A DNA stretch of 64,000 nt from Felis catus (Eukaryota): positions 67,892,001 through 67,956,000 of the forward strand of contig NC_058368.1 of NCBI RefSeq assembly GCF_018350175.1, given 5' to 3'. A program made the translations under genes and the position numbers. Under the pieces are notes generated by a model. That model saw only the letters and a program-made list of their open reading frames with translations. It had not been told where the DNA came from and ran no database searches. The stretch's first letter is position 1. Each line of letters starts with the position of its first letter. This document shows, in pieces, positions 51,637-64,000 of this stretch.

Positions 51637-51853
51637 ATTTATTTATTTTAATGTTTTAAATTTTTATTTATTTGTTTTGAGACCGAGACAGAGTGTGAAC
51701 AGAGGAGGAACAGAGAGAGACACAGAATCCAAAGCAGGCTCCAGACTCCAAGCTGTCAGCACAGAGCCCATTGCGGGGCTTGAAATCACAAACTATGAGA
51801 TCATGACCTGAACTGAAGAGGATGTTTAACCAACTGAGCCACCCAGGCACCCC
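51637..51853 (-). mobile_element. Can-SINE
   Basis: TSD aagcagagccatcttt at 51621-51636 and 51854-51869. Confidence 0.96.
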
Positions 51854-53019
51854 AAGCAGAGCCATCTTTAACTAGTTTTTACTGAGAGGTGTTTCTGAGC
51901 CTGCACAACAGATTGCCAGCCTCTCCCTAGCTATGCAAAATCCTCAAATTTCTAAGGATGGGTTTTGACTGGTCCTGGCTTGTCCACGCTTAAGGGGTAA
52001 TCCACACAGCACATGGACCACAGCAAATTAGATTATTTGTATTTCTGGTACCACCAAACAATGAACACCCTGGTTTGTTTTTAAAGACACCATGGCCCTC
52101 ACGGATGACTATAAACAGAAGTAAACTGATTGACTCTGAGTTCAAACCTTTCTCAGCTTTATTTTATGGGGCAGGGAGGTAAGCTCTGGGGAGATGAGAG
52201 CCTTTACAGTTCTCCAAAGCAACCCAGTGTCACCATGGGTTATTTCTAAAAGGCAAAGGTATAAGGCTTAGTTTGTACAGCTTTTTAGAAATTATTTGCA
52301 AGTGTTACAAGTTGACATTTCAAAATGCTGAAATTTGAAAATAACTTTTAAAAAGTTCTAATTAAGCAGTAATAAGTGGGAATTGACATTTTCTACCATT
52401 CACTAAGAAGTTACCCAGAAAATAACCCCTTCTTTTCAAATTTCCAACCCAAAGCCATTATATAAATATAGAATGACATTGTGGTGTTGTGTAGGAAATT
52501 GGGGTCTTAGCATCTAGCCTACCTCTACTTCCTCTCAGTTCCCCTGCAAAGCACTGTTGATATCACCCTACACAGAGAAAGAGTTTATTGTTCCTTGGAA
52601 ATTTTGAATAGAAATTGACTTTATTTAAGCAATTGTAATTCAATTAATATATGACAACAGTATTGACTCTAATTCATTTGGAATCCCTTGAAACACTCCA
52701 GCTACTTTTGTAGTACGCAAAGTGAAAATACCTACCTTAGAATTTTAAAATGTACAGACAGATATGCTGATCCAAAAGCAGAAACTTTTTATGAAGGAGT
52801 GATTAAGATTATGGTGATACAGACATGCTTTGACAGAGGAAGGGATCAAGGGGCAGGACCAGAATGGTCTTCCTCCAGTTTTTCCCAGGACAGAGTGAGT
52901 TTATGCTTGATGATTTTCATAGTCTTTTCATTTTGAAAAAATGTCCTCATTTAGATGCTGAAACAGATGGTCATCGTATTTAATTGTCCAATGAATTCTA
53001 TGGTTTCTCAAGATATAGA

Positions 53020-53235
53020 AAAAGAATGAAGTAGAATCAAAACATTTGGCTTCAAATCTCTACTAACCGAGCTACATTAGGCAGTTGGCTTAATGTCTCT
53101 GTGGCTTTTCTTTATCTTTAAAATGGAGATAACAATCCCTACCTCACAGAATAGTCCAGATGTTTACCTAACAACCATGGATGTGAGAGCACCACAGTAA
53201 TGCTTGGCTAACAGTGGACATAAGATATTTTAGTT
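53020..53235 (+). mobile_element. MIR
   Basis: ggcttcaaatc...tctttaaaatggagataacaatccctacctcacag. Confidence 0.7.
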
Positions 53236-55507
53236 TGGCTGGTCTGAATCTATTGCTAGTTATTGGGACTCAGGGTACTTTTTATCAATTCATCTGATGT
53301 TCTGGGGAAAATAGAGGTTGTTAATTATTCTTCTGTGGACAGAGTTACATGCTTGTTTAACTGATAGGACTTAACAGTGAGAGACTCAAGTTTTAGGTCT
53401 GCCAGTCTCTGTTTTGACCGTGGGCACATCTTCTAAGATCCCTCTTACTTTCAGTAGTTATGAGGATTGGCTAAAGTAGATATACAATAATGAACATATT
53501 TGACTTGACATTTTGATTAGACATTCATTCATTCAACATATATTTATTGAATGTCTATTCTGTAAGTGCCTGTATGCCACATACATTCCAGTGACTGATA
53601 AATCAAAAGCAGACAAAAGAAATATGGTGCCTGCCCCAAAGGAATGGTCAGTCTGGCTGTTCTGTGATATTTTCTAAGCATTGCTGACAGACAGGCATCT
53701 CTCTTCTTACAACAGGAAAGAATATTTTAGATTTCTTCACCTAATCCTATGTAACAATTTCTAAATCTTTAAATCTAACTAAACCTCCTTGGTTTCAACT
53801 TGAACATTTTCCTTTCTGCTTTTTCTCAGTGGGAAAGGAGAAAAATCTGTTCTTCTGACTACATGAATATCTTTTATGTTATTAAAAATCTGTCAGGCTT
53901 TTTCAAAGCACTGTAAGAGTGTGATACCATGTGGTAACCTTAAGTACCATAATGGACACAACTATTAGGCTGCATCTTTTCATTTTGTTCATGGTAATAC
54001 AAACTGTTGTTTGTAAAATTTAGGGTATGATACCAATTTTGTGAGTGCTCTATTATAACATTTGCAAGGTGGTTCCAGTTAGGATAGGAAATTCTTTTAG
54101 ATGGATCAAGAATTATGTATGTGTCGAGAGGGTACAAGGGGCACATTGTCCATGCTGGGAGATTGTTATTTTACGATGAAAATGTGGGGATCTTACTGAT
54201 GGGAAGGAATGGATATGAAACATATTCTGGGTATTTGGGTCATAAAAGAGCCCTAAAAAGGAATTGGTTTATCAAGGGACAGGTTGGAAGTGGAGAAATA
54301 ATCCAGCTTTAAGACAGATAACCAGGTACGGCTGACCTCCCACCGTTGACCCAAGAACACAGTCTTCTTGCCCTTGGCTACATTCTGATGAAACTTGCTG
54401 GGAGGAAGGGATTGTGTACAACGCCAGAGACCAACAAGGCTTATCAGGTGGTTCTCCAAAGTGGCCGAAGTACTTGATTAGAGCAGAGGGTTAGGCTCAA
54501 CAAAAGATAAAATCTAACATAGCTACATTTTGAACTGCCAACAATTACTTACATTTATCAGACTGCAAAGGACATCAGATCATCTTGCTTATCCTCTTGC
54601 TTCCTGGCAAAATTGCACATTGATGATTCTGGATGGAGGTGTGACTCACATATCAAATGACTTTAGCATGAAGTCTCAGCTGGAGCTAACGACAACTTTC
54701 CTTTGGGTCTCGCGTGCCCTATTATCTTTTGTCAATTCCATCTCGGTAATACTTTGAGGACATGGACACAATTTTTCTATTACAGGTTATTTAAATAATG
54801 GCAGAGATGTACATTTGTGAATAGGCAGGAACAAACGTTCCTTGGAAAGCAGAACAGTGATCCCTCCACCGTCTCTGGGTTCACAGGATGTCCATGCTTC
54901 TCAGTTGTATGCACGATGCAGTCACATTTTATGTGAGGAATAGGTTCATAAAGACTGTGTATTTTTCAAAGCTCACATAATTTAACACTAATTTTCTTAT
55001 TGTAATAAATTGTAATGCAGAGGGTTGCTTTCGCAGACTTCATAAATCTACCACAATTGTAGTGTAATTTTACTTTTAAATATAGTTTTTATGTATAGCA
55101 AATAACATAAAAATAACACATGAATAAATAAACTATAAAACCTTGACCCTTTTCATAGCTTTTTATCACGTGTAGTTTCACTCCATGGCTTTTGACTGGG
55201 GGTGGGGGGGGGTGGGTGACACATTTCACAGCATCACCATTCGGTGCATTTGGGGATATTATTGTGGGATATAAAAACAATTATAAATTATAATAGCACT
55301 GAACATTAAAATAATAGTACAGTAGTCACAAACCCATTCAGGATGTTCCCAGACTATAAAGCCAAGTGTGGTTCATGGGATACTTTTATTTCTGATATTT
55401 CTGCTTATTAGCCAAAGTGCTGCTGCCTTGTAGGAATGAGAGATCCTGATGCTGTCTGTGGTCAACCTACTCAGCTGTCAGCTTTGAAGGGCTGTGATTC
55501 GTGGATG

Positions 55508-55509
<2 letters not shown>

Positions 55510-55553
<44 letters not shown>

Positions 55554-55574
55554 TGTGTGTGTGTGTGTGTGTGT
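55510..55574 (+). repeat. compound (AG)n(TG)n microsatellite
   Basis: direct reading; source of the ERERE/VCVCV ORF. Confidence 0.97.
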
Positions 55575-55644
55575 ATAGGGTTGTATTATATAATATACAA
55601 GATGTAGTGTATCCAGTAGTGGCTATCATGATTATTGATGTAAT

Positions 55645-55679
55645 TTTATTTTAAGACATTTTTGTAAGTTTATTTATTC

Positions 55680-55714
<35 letters not shown>

Positions 55715-55885
55715 GTGAGTGGGGGAGGGAGGGACAGAGAGAGAGGGAGAGGGAGAATCCCAAGTAGGCTCTGCACTGACAGTGTGTAGGCTGATGCAGG
55801 GCTTGAACTCACAAAACCCTGAGATCATGACTTGAGCCGAGGATAAGAGTCAGACGCTTAAACAACTGAGCCACCCAGTTGTCCC
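55645..55885 (-). mobile_element. Can-SINE, older subfamily
   Basis: gagaatcccaagtaggctctgcactg...; TSD tgattattgat(g/a)taat. Confidence 0.94.
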
Positions 55886-55967
55886 TGATTATTGATATAA
55901 TATTAGAAAGGATTTCTTTGTATCCTTGAACCAAATATCTGACATATGTTGTTATATGAAGTCATAT

Positions 55968-56358
55968 CGCTATGCACTGAATTTTGTCCTTTCTCCCCAG
56001 TATTCATATGTTAAAGGCCTATCCCCTTTGTGACTGTATTGGAAATAGGCCTTTTTAAAGGAGTGATTATGATTAAATTAGGTCGTGAGGGTAATGCCCT
56101 GATCCGATAGATCCATTGGCGTCCATATAAAAGAGGAAGAGATACCAGAAATCTCTCTACACTAGAAGAGGCCATGTGAGCTTATAGTGAGAAGGCAGCT
56201 GCTTACAAGTGTAGGGAAGAAGCCTCAAAATGAAACCTACTTTCCAGCACCTTGATCTTAGACTTCCCAGCCTCCAGAATTGTGAGAAACACATTTTGTT
56301 GTTTAAGTGTTCCCCGTCTATGGTCTTTTGTTATGACAACTGGAGCAGACAGTACACA
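55968..56358 (+). mobile_element. MLT1A0-like MaLR solo LTR
   Basis: gctatgcactgaattttgtcc...attcatatgttaaagg...cagcaccttgatcttagacttcccagcctccagaattgtgagaaa. Confidence 0.88.
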
Positions 56359-56367
56359 CATCATCTT

Positions 56368-56557
56368 TTTTCTTTTCAATGTTTATTTATTTTGAGAGCA
56401 AGAGAGTAGGGGAGAGGCAGAGAGAGGGAGAGAGAGAATCCCAATCCATGTCAGAGCAGAGCCCATTATGGGGCTTGATCTCACGAACTGTGAGATCATG
56501 ACCAGAGTCAAGATCAAGAGTCACACGCTTAACCCACTGAGTCACTCAGGTGCACCC
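56368..56557 (-). mobile_element. Can-SINE, older subfamily
   Basis: antisense body; TSD acatcatctt. Confidence 0.93.
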
Positions 56558-58483
56558 ATACATCATCTTCTAATACCAAATATGTTTAAGTTATTTTGGT
56601 TTGGGCTTTTCTAACTCACTGTGAGTGCGTACACACAGTAAATTGTCTCCTTTCACTTAAAACCTATTATTTTTGTTTAGTTCAAAAAGTTGAATTATAA
56701 ATTGTATCTTTATTTCTGGAGAAGGTCATGGAAACAGATGGTTGGGTGTAGTTGACTTGTAGGAACCTACCCAGAAGCTGTCTCAGAGAACTTCCCAGTC
56801 TCAGTGGGAATTGCCACTGTTGATCCTAGGGATTCTTAAGAACTAGCATTTTGCCCATGAGTCTCCCTGCAACTTTCCCAGAGACCTGAACTCCTCTCAT
56901 GGGATGGCTCTAACCTGGCACCATGCTAGGAAGGGCATTCTGAAGAGGCTGGTTTCTGTGTTCTCTCTGCAATGTGAAGTGTCTATAGAAGGGAGCAGAG
57001 ATGATACCAAGTTGATCATAGACAATCTATCTCACTTGCCCACTAACATATCACCAGCATCTAGAATATTCTCTTGGGTATAGGAGGTGCTCAGTATATG
57101 TTGGTTAAATGATTGAGGCCCAGGTGTTGAACGTATATAACACGGCCTTGACAAAGAGTAATTGACTTTAAAGCAAAGGATGGATTTGGACATCTCACTC
57201 AAGTATCTTCACCTACCTACAGCATTCAGATAAACCAAGTTAGGCAATAGTGTTCTGAAAGTAAATGTATAGCTTTGTTGCTTGATATTTAAAACCTATT
57301 TCTGACTATAAATGGTGGTGAGGTCCCTAGACTGACTATCAGTGGTGGTGAGGTCCATAAAAAACCCATTTCACTCATAATGCTGCTGAAATATAGCACT
57401 CATAAGGTGGTAGCTCATCACGTTATACAATATTCTGCAAGAAAATATACTTCAAGTTCCAGTCCTGGTGCCAGATCTACATTTTCTGCTTTTGCATCAC
57501 TGGCAACAACAGTACAAATTCCTCCTCCCCAATTCCTTTTAGACTTTAAGCAACCAGAATAGGAACATTTTGATGTAGTTTCAGCCTTAGTCATAACAGG
57601 GCAACTTAAGTTCTGAGTGTCCTAGTAGTAGGAGATAGAAAATTCTGGATGGGGGGAAGGAGTTCTAGTAGCTGTAATGAAAAAGTCAATTCTATGTAAA
57701 GGACATTGCAAGTGCTTTATATTAGGATTTTCTGTATTATGCTTATTTAATTAAGATCAGAGTTTTCATTGCATAAGAGTATAAGCTATAGAGTTAAAAT
57801 TAAATTAGGAGACTAAGCTATATTAAATTTGCATAGAGATTTTCTTTAGAGGTCTTACCAGGTGAGTGAACCATACCCTGGGGATATTAACTCTGGCAGT
57901 TCTTAAAGGAATCACTTAGTAAATTACGAGTACAATGAACTAAAAGATACTCTAAAGAATACTAAAATTGCTTTAACTTTCTGGGGGCTGGGATCATGTC
58001 TTAATCATTGCCTTATCCTTCAAGAGTGAGCACTATATTTGGCAAACAGGCATCCAGTGAATGTGAAATGAAATGATGCAGGTTGTCAAGAGATAAATTT
58101 AGAAAAGGAAACATAAACTAAAATAAACTAATCTTCATCTAAGGACCTATATAATAGTCCATTAGAAAAAAATGACTAAGAATTTTAGATTTACAAATAA
58201 GAAAACCAATACACAATAGGAGAGAGTTAGAATTTGGAAGTCATTAGTACTATTCACCAAATAATTTGAGTTCTTGGCTCCTTGCAATGAAGTGGGGCTG
58301 TGAGTTGTGAAGGAGACATGATATATCTAGATGATGCTTCTAGTCTGTGGCATTTAATTGCTAGTTGAAGACACTAGGCCTCTGTTTTCCCTCTGTTATA
58401 TTGAGTGGCAGTGTTCAATACAGTGACCATTCCCTCAGCCTGGGCATTATGTGATGGATAGATAAGGTAAGTGAGAAATAAAT

Positions 58484-58615
58484 AGTGTGACTGTATAGTT
58501 TTATCATTCAAACCAGATCACTTTTGAGACTCAGAGGAGCCTCTACTAATAATTTGGTTGAAATAGAGTCATAAACCGGAACTGTCCTCAGCGAACAGGG
58601 ACATGCAGTCATTTT
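58484..58615. mobile_element. MER94-like hAT MITE
   Basis: agtgtgactgtatagttttatcattcaaaccagatcacttttgag...taaaccggaactgtcctcagcgaacagggacat. Confidence 0.65.
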
Positions 58616-58762
58616 GAACTAATTCTTTGTTATTTTTTTCTGCTGAGCACAGAGTTGTTTGTTACTGCAGCATAACCTCTTATCCAGACTGATACATGGA
58701 GTCGATGCCAGAACTAAAAATGACATTCTCTTTTTTGCTTCATTGCCTGTAAATGAGTACAT

Positions 58763-59296
58763 ATGTATTATTTGGATTGCAAGTGACAGAAACTGAACTC
58801 AAACTTATTGAGGCAAAAACGAAGGGATTTAGCAGTGCTTGGAATCCAAGAAAGGTTAAAAAATAAAACAATAGGGGGGTACAGATGGATCTGAGCCTCA
58901 GGCAAAGCCCGAGCTGTGGGATGGGACTGAATACCGCCAGCCCCTTTGTTTCTACCTTCTGTCTCAACTTCTCTCTGTGTGGAGGCCTCATTGCCTCTCA
59001 CTAAAGCCAAATTTTTTCTGCAGGGGGTCAAATTATGGCCACCAGAAGCTCCTAAATTCTAAGTCTGATTGCTTGTGTCATCAAGAAGGACAGACTTACA
59101 GATGTTCTTTGAATCCAATTTCAAAAATCCCAGGCAAGGATTTCTGTTTGGCTCAGTTTTGGAAAGGTGTCCGTCTCTGCCGAGGCCTGGAGGATTGAGC
59201 CATTTAGGACCAAGGCAGTGTTTCTGGAAACTGCACTGGGAAAGGGGGAGGGGAAGCATCAAGAAGAGCAGGGTACTAAGAAGGCAAAAACACTAG
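58763..59296 (-). mobile_element. old MLT1 (J/K-like) LTR
   Basis: ggattgcaagtgacagaaactgaactcaaact...tttctgtttggctcagtttt. Confidence 0.6.
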
Positions 59297-59489
59297 GTGT
59301 TTATTTCATGTGATTTCTTGGACGTGGGCAGATGTCATTAATAAGGAAATTGCTTAGAGCTTTTCTGGAATTATTCCTGGAATTTGTAAAAGTTGATAAC
59401 ATTCTTCTCCTCTCCCCCTTTTTTCTTTTGTGATTCCTTTTAGATAAAAGCCTCACCTTTGAAAATAGCTGGGTGGAGAAATGATGAGT

Positions 59490-59590
59490 TGTGGGGCCAA
59501 GGGACTGAGTAAAGCTAACTGACCCACCTGGGCATTGAACCAGAAATGCTATTCTCCTTAGAATTATATTCTAATCAACTGAGCTGAGCT
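59490..59590 (-). mobile_element. ancient tRNA(Ile)-like SINE head (MamSINE1-like)
   Basis: reverse strand reads tcagctcagttgattaga...ggttcaatgccc...gggtcagttagctttactcagtcccttggcc. Confidence 0.55.
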
Positions 59591-61039
59591 GTGGGAACAT
59601 AAATGACATAATGACATTCAAAGTGACTTTTTAAAGCTGACCATAAACTTCCATTATCTGTAATTAGCTAATTTAGTCCTTTAAAAAAACCCCCACAAAC
59701 TAAAGAGTGAGATTATACATCATATTAAGCCTGCCTTCGAAGGTTAGATTGTGGAGTCTATGATCCAATTGTGGGCTCCAACACTGAGTTCATCCCCTAC
59801 TTTCCTTTCTCCTGCCTTACCTGAGCACAGCGTCTCTCATGTTTTCAGTGTAAATTTGGGGGGATGTAGTTCCAACAAGATTACCAGCCAAACTTTCCTA
59901 CAGCTCTGAACGTACCTATGATTAAGGGCTGTGTCGTGATGAAAATAATTGCTTTAATTAGCCATTAAACAGGCTTCAGGGTCAACATGACAATGGGTTT
60001 CTTTCTGTGTTTGATTTAGTAGAAGCAGTTAATGATTTTGTTTTTATTATCTTTACCCCCTGCTTCAGAATTATTTACTTAGCACATGGAAGGCAACAGA
60101 TATTTGTTATTATAAAATCAATTTCATGCCTGACTAGACCATCTCTTCCACCTTTGTCATTACTCTTTGAGCTTTGGGTATTATCTTGGGCTCATTTATG
60201 TTTATACAACTATATGGCAATGGACCCTACCAATAATTATTTGGGGAATTTGTGTCATACAGCAACAGGCAGTGCATTTTCATTCTCATTTTTAGAGAAT
60301 TTTCATGTAATTTATTTTTCTCCATTTCTATTGAAATTTCTAATCAATAGAATAATGTTTCTATAGTAAAAGTATCACATCATACTCTCTCTAGTTAGCT
60401 ATATGGTGTAAAGAATGGGTTATGTATTGGGAGTGGAAATTCAGTACGTAAAAGGACTGAAGCACATATCCATAAGCTATCATTTTGGTTAAAAGCATTC
60501 TTCTTTGAAATCTTTATTTACTGAAGTTGTGTTCCTTTGTTTTCCCTAGCTTTTGTGTAAGGCACAAGGTGACAATCATGACTTTTCTGAAATGTCAGTA
60601 GCTGTGAAGTTAAATAATCTAAATGCCACCAACATTCTTTTTTTTTTTTTTTTTTTTTTTTTGGTAGCGGTGGTGGTTCTGAATTAATTCTGAAACATAC
60701 ATAAAATTAGGTCTGCAAAATCTCCTCAAGCCTGTTAAATACAAAATGGATATAGCTTTGTGGTTGTGGAGCAGGAAAGAGTTGGCCTACTTCTGTTAGG
60801 ATTAGCCCACTGTTCCCATCATGCCTTGCTATTTCCTTTGTGCCTTCATAGCCTCATGCCTGCCCTCAATTGCTGGCAGGACCCAGGACACTACCCTGAC
60901 TGCTATCCTCCTTTCAACAAGACACTTCTCTGGAACCATAGTGCCACTTTCTGATTCCACTGCCTAATCTTTCCCACTGATTAGCTTTGACCTTCAACAC
61001 TCGGAAAACATTTATTGAGCATATACCCAAACCTGGCTG

Positions 61040-61235
61040 GGAGCACTAGCTTAGTGCCTTTCTGGCTGTGTGATGCTCAGCATGTTGGAAATATTCTGAA
61101 CCTTCCTTATTATATTTAGAAAATAGGACTAATACAAGTATCCACCTTATGTACCTGACAGTTATTGTGATGACTCAATATAGTAACGCATGTGAAACTA
61201 TCTTTTATAAGTTGCTGTATAGAGGTTAGTTATTT
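61040..61235 (+). mobile_element. MIR
   Basis: ctggctgtgtgatg...aaataggactaataca...ttattgtgatgactcaatatagtaacgcatgtgaaa. Confidence 0.6.
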
Positions 61236-61485
61236 TATTTCATTGTAGGTACACATCTAGGTTTCTTTTGAAGAATAATCTCCAAAATCTCAATTAGCGG
61301 ATTTCTCCTAGGAGGTTCTATACTGGTATTATAGTTTAATATTTAGCTTAAGTTTTGTGGAAGGTTTCTATGCTTTTAAAAATATCAGAATCATCTGGAG
61401 TGTTTTATAGAGATAGATTTCTGAGACCCATGACCAGAGTTTCTGGTTTTAGGTTTGCCTGGAGGACCAGGGAACATGCATTTTT

Positions 61486-61691
61486 TTTAAGTTCATTTAT
61501 TCTTGAGAGATAAAGAGAGACAGAGCATGAGCAGGGGAGGGGGAGAGAGGTGGGGAGACACAGAATTCGAAGCAGGTTCCAGCCTCTGAGCTGTCAGCAC
61601 AGAGCCCAATGTGGGGCTTGAATCCACGAACCGTGAGATCATGACCTGAGCTGAAGCCGGACGCTTAACCGACTGAGCCACCCAGGCTCCC
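61486..61691 (-). mobile_element. Can-SINE
   Basis: TSD gggaacatgcattttt at 61470-61485 and 61694-61709. Confidence 0.96.
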
Positions 61692-61718
61692 TGGGGAACA
61701 TGCATTTTTAACAAGCAC

Positions 61719-62202
61719 TGTGGATTGGCTTCCACTGGTTGTTACAACAAAGTACCAGAAACTGGGTGGCTTGAACAACAGAAATTTATTGTCTCACAGT
61801 CTGAAGGCTAGAAGTTCAAGCTCAAGGTGTTGGCAGGGCCGGTTCCTTATAAGGGCTGTGAGGGAGAATCTGCTCAGGACTCTCTCCTAGTTTCTGTTGC
61901 TTTATTGGCGGGCTGTGGTGTTACTTGGCTATGGATATATCATCCCGGTCTCTGACTTCATGTTCAAAGGGTGTCCTCTCTATGTACATGTGTCTCCAAA
62001 TTTCCTCTTTTTATAAGGACATAGTCATATTTGGACTAAGGCCCATCCTACTGACCGTATCTTAACTTAATCATCTGCAAAGGCCCTATTTCCAAATAAT
62101 GTCACCTTATGAGATACTGGCAGACTTTCACATGTGAATTTTGGACTTTGGTATGTGAATTGTCGGGGGGTAGGGGGGAGGCGCATAACCCCACCTATAA
62201 CA
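61719..62202 (-). mobile_element. MLT1B/C-like MaLR solo LTR
   Basis: acaaagtaccagaaactgggtggcttgaacaacagaaatttattgtctcacagt...atctgcaaaggccctatttccaaataa...cctataaca. Confidence 0.9.
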
Positions 62203-64000
62203 TGTCCTAAGTGATTCTGACCCAGATGTGGTTTGTATTCCATTTTGAGAAACACTGGATGGGAGACTACAGGCTGAGTGTCAGAGAATGTGAGGCTAGT
62301 GGCTGCCCAGCACTGTGTTTTCTTTATATTTGAGAGAAGCAGTTGAAAGTGGAATGAAGCATGGTACATAGGGTGACTGGAAAAGAACACCCTTGTAACT
62401 AACGGTAGGTGAACAGAGACCTTAGGGATTGCTTCTGAATAGCTCTGGAGGAGACATTATTAGCACTCCTGTTAAACCTGGAAGGCTTCTGGGCGGTATC
62501 CTCAACCCTGTGACAGGGCTGTGATCCTGAGAAATCTAGCTGAGTCCATGCTCAGAACCTCAGCTTACTTGTATAGTTCTTCTGAATTGTTTGGTAATTC
62601 CTGCCACAGACCCATGTTTACTCTAGAACCTTAGGCCATAGTACCTAAGTGTAGACCTTTCCAAAATATTATCTCTCTCCATAGATGGACTGGTCATGTG
62701 AAAATTCGAATACATGGTGACCAACCTAGGGCTTCCCTCGTTACACCAGTTACCTCCATCCCTGAGCTGAACCTGTGGTGGAGAGTTCTGGAAGATACCT
62801 GAAGTAAACAGGAATGCCTTACTCCAGCTCCTCCAGCTGGTATGTGCTTGGAGAGCACTGCTTTATAATTTGGAATTGACAATGAGATTACATTTTAGCT
62901 CTGATATTGCTGGGCATATTTTCAGGCATATTTCCAATAAAATTAAAAAAGAATATGTATGGGTATTATGGTCTAATATTTGAAAATATTCAGGATTTAT
63001 TTTTCTTAATGTACCTGCTCATACCCCATGGCTCTGCCTGGGCCAGGTAACTAGAGTCTTCTAGTCCAGTGTCTCAGGAGAGGACTGTTATGAATGAGGG
63101 GAGATGACCCATAGACATTGGAAAACCACAGAAGATATAGTTGAGAGACTTGCCATAAATGTATGAAAGAAACAACAGGTGTGGAAAAGTGCCTTATGAT
63201 ATAAAGCCAAGTTGTTGTTTTTTTCACCCAAGAAGAGGTACAGATCCCACAGAATGTAAAGGAAAGAATTAGGGAAGAGTCCAGGTAGGTGGAATCAACT
63301 CTCCATGAGAAGGTTTCCTATCCTCTTACCTGCTTCCTTAGGTCAAGTCATAATGCAAGACCCAAAGATAATCATTTTTATTTTTATGTCCATATTTAGG
63401 TTTATATGGTAGTGGTTTATTTATAACTATATATTTTGTGTCCTACTTAAAAATATATGATGAATATTTTTTCACGTTGTGATATTATTCTTGTTTTAGT
63501 GTCTAAGATGTCGACCATCTAGTAGTTGTACCCTAAATATATTGTGAGCTACACCTGTGTGATTGTAATGAAGTTATGCAATGAAGGGAAAAATCTAGGG
63601 ATACATTTGTAAGGGAGGAATTACCTATGAGTCTTTACCTCCCTCCTCACTCCTGTTGGGCACACACTGCCAAAAGAGTGGGTTTATTTATCTACCTGGT
63701 GCTCAGTCCTTGAACCCCGATGAACTTCACCACTAGAAAGGATGAAATGTCCACTTACAGGTCCAACCCTGCTTCGGTCTAAGACAGGTTTCACCATTCT
63801 GGCCAAAGCTCTTGTTTTGACATAGTCAAATAACCTTTCCCCCTTCTGGAATGCTCTCCCTACATTTCTCTGCCTTTCCAAACACTCTGTCATTGTATTT
63901 CCAGGCCTCACACGAGTGAGATCTGCCTAGTGAAACCTTCCTTAATGAGCTTTCCTGTGAAGTCCTGGTTGAGTTTTTTCCTCTGCTCTTGTTTTACCTC

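Larger units (their letters stand above)
61360..62257. mobile_element. MER5A-like MITE split by a SINE and an MLT1 LTR
   Basis: atcagaatcatctggag...tgcatttttaacaagc [LTR] aagtgattctga...ttttgagaaacactg. Confidence 0.7.

Noticed and set aside
57302..57361. CRISPR-like repeat array
   Set aside because: Only two adjacent diverged copies, no spacers, mammalian context
1..64000. Naming the host gene (FTO intron 1 considered on architecture: CpG shore, very long enhancer-rich first intron)
   Set aside because: No coding exon or diagnostic sequence in the window supports any name; many genes share this layout. A BLAT search would decide

Overview
Non-coding mammalian genomic DNA from a cat-family (felid) carnivore. 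The evidence is about 22 tRNA-derived Can-SINE/SINEC_Fc insertion sites, most with visible target-site duplications (TSDs), plus felid/carnivore L1 fragments, on an older eutherian background of MIR, L2, MLT1 LTRs and hAT DNA transposons (MER5A, MER33, MER58B, MER94, Charlie-type). No ORF in the supplied track is a credible cellular protein; the recognisable ones are L1 ORF2 remnants or SINE read-throughs. Retained CpGs in the first kb, a 15:7 antisense bias of SINE sites and a (TG)n strand bias suggest the 5' part of a very long intron of a + strand gene, which I cannot name. The most notable observations are: a candidate 21-nt microexon with an upstream UGC motif (6106-6126); a head-to-tail SINE concatemer inside a single 16-bp TSD (14853-15229); a twin-primed, 5'-inverted L1 (47340-49535); and several repeat-free, homeodomain-motif-rich blocks that may be conserved enhancers. 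I found no evidence of a new multi-gene system. Repeat family names are recognised by eye, not from a database search, and boundaries of old repeats are approximate.
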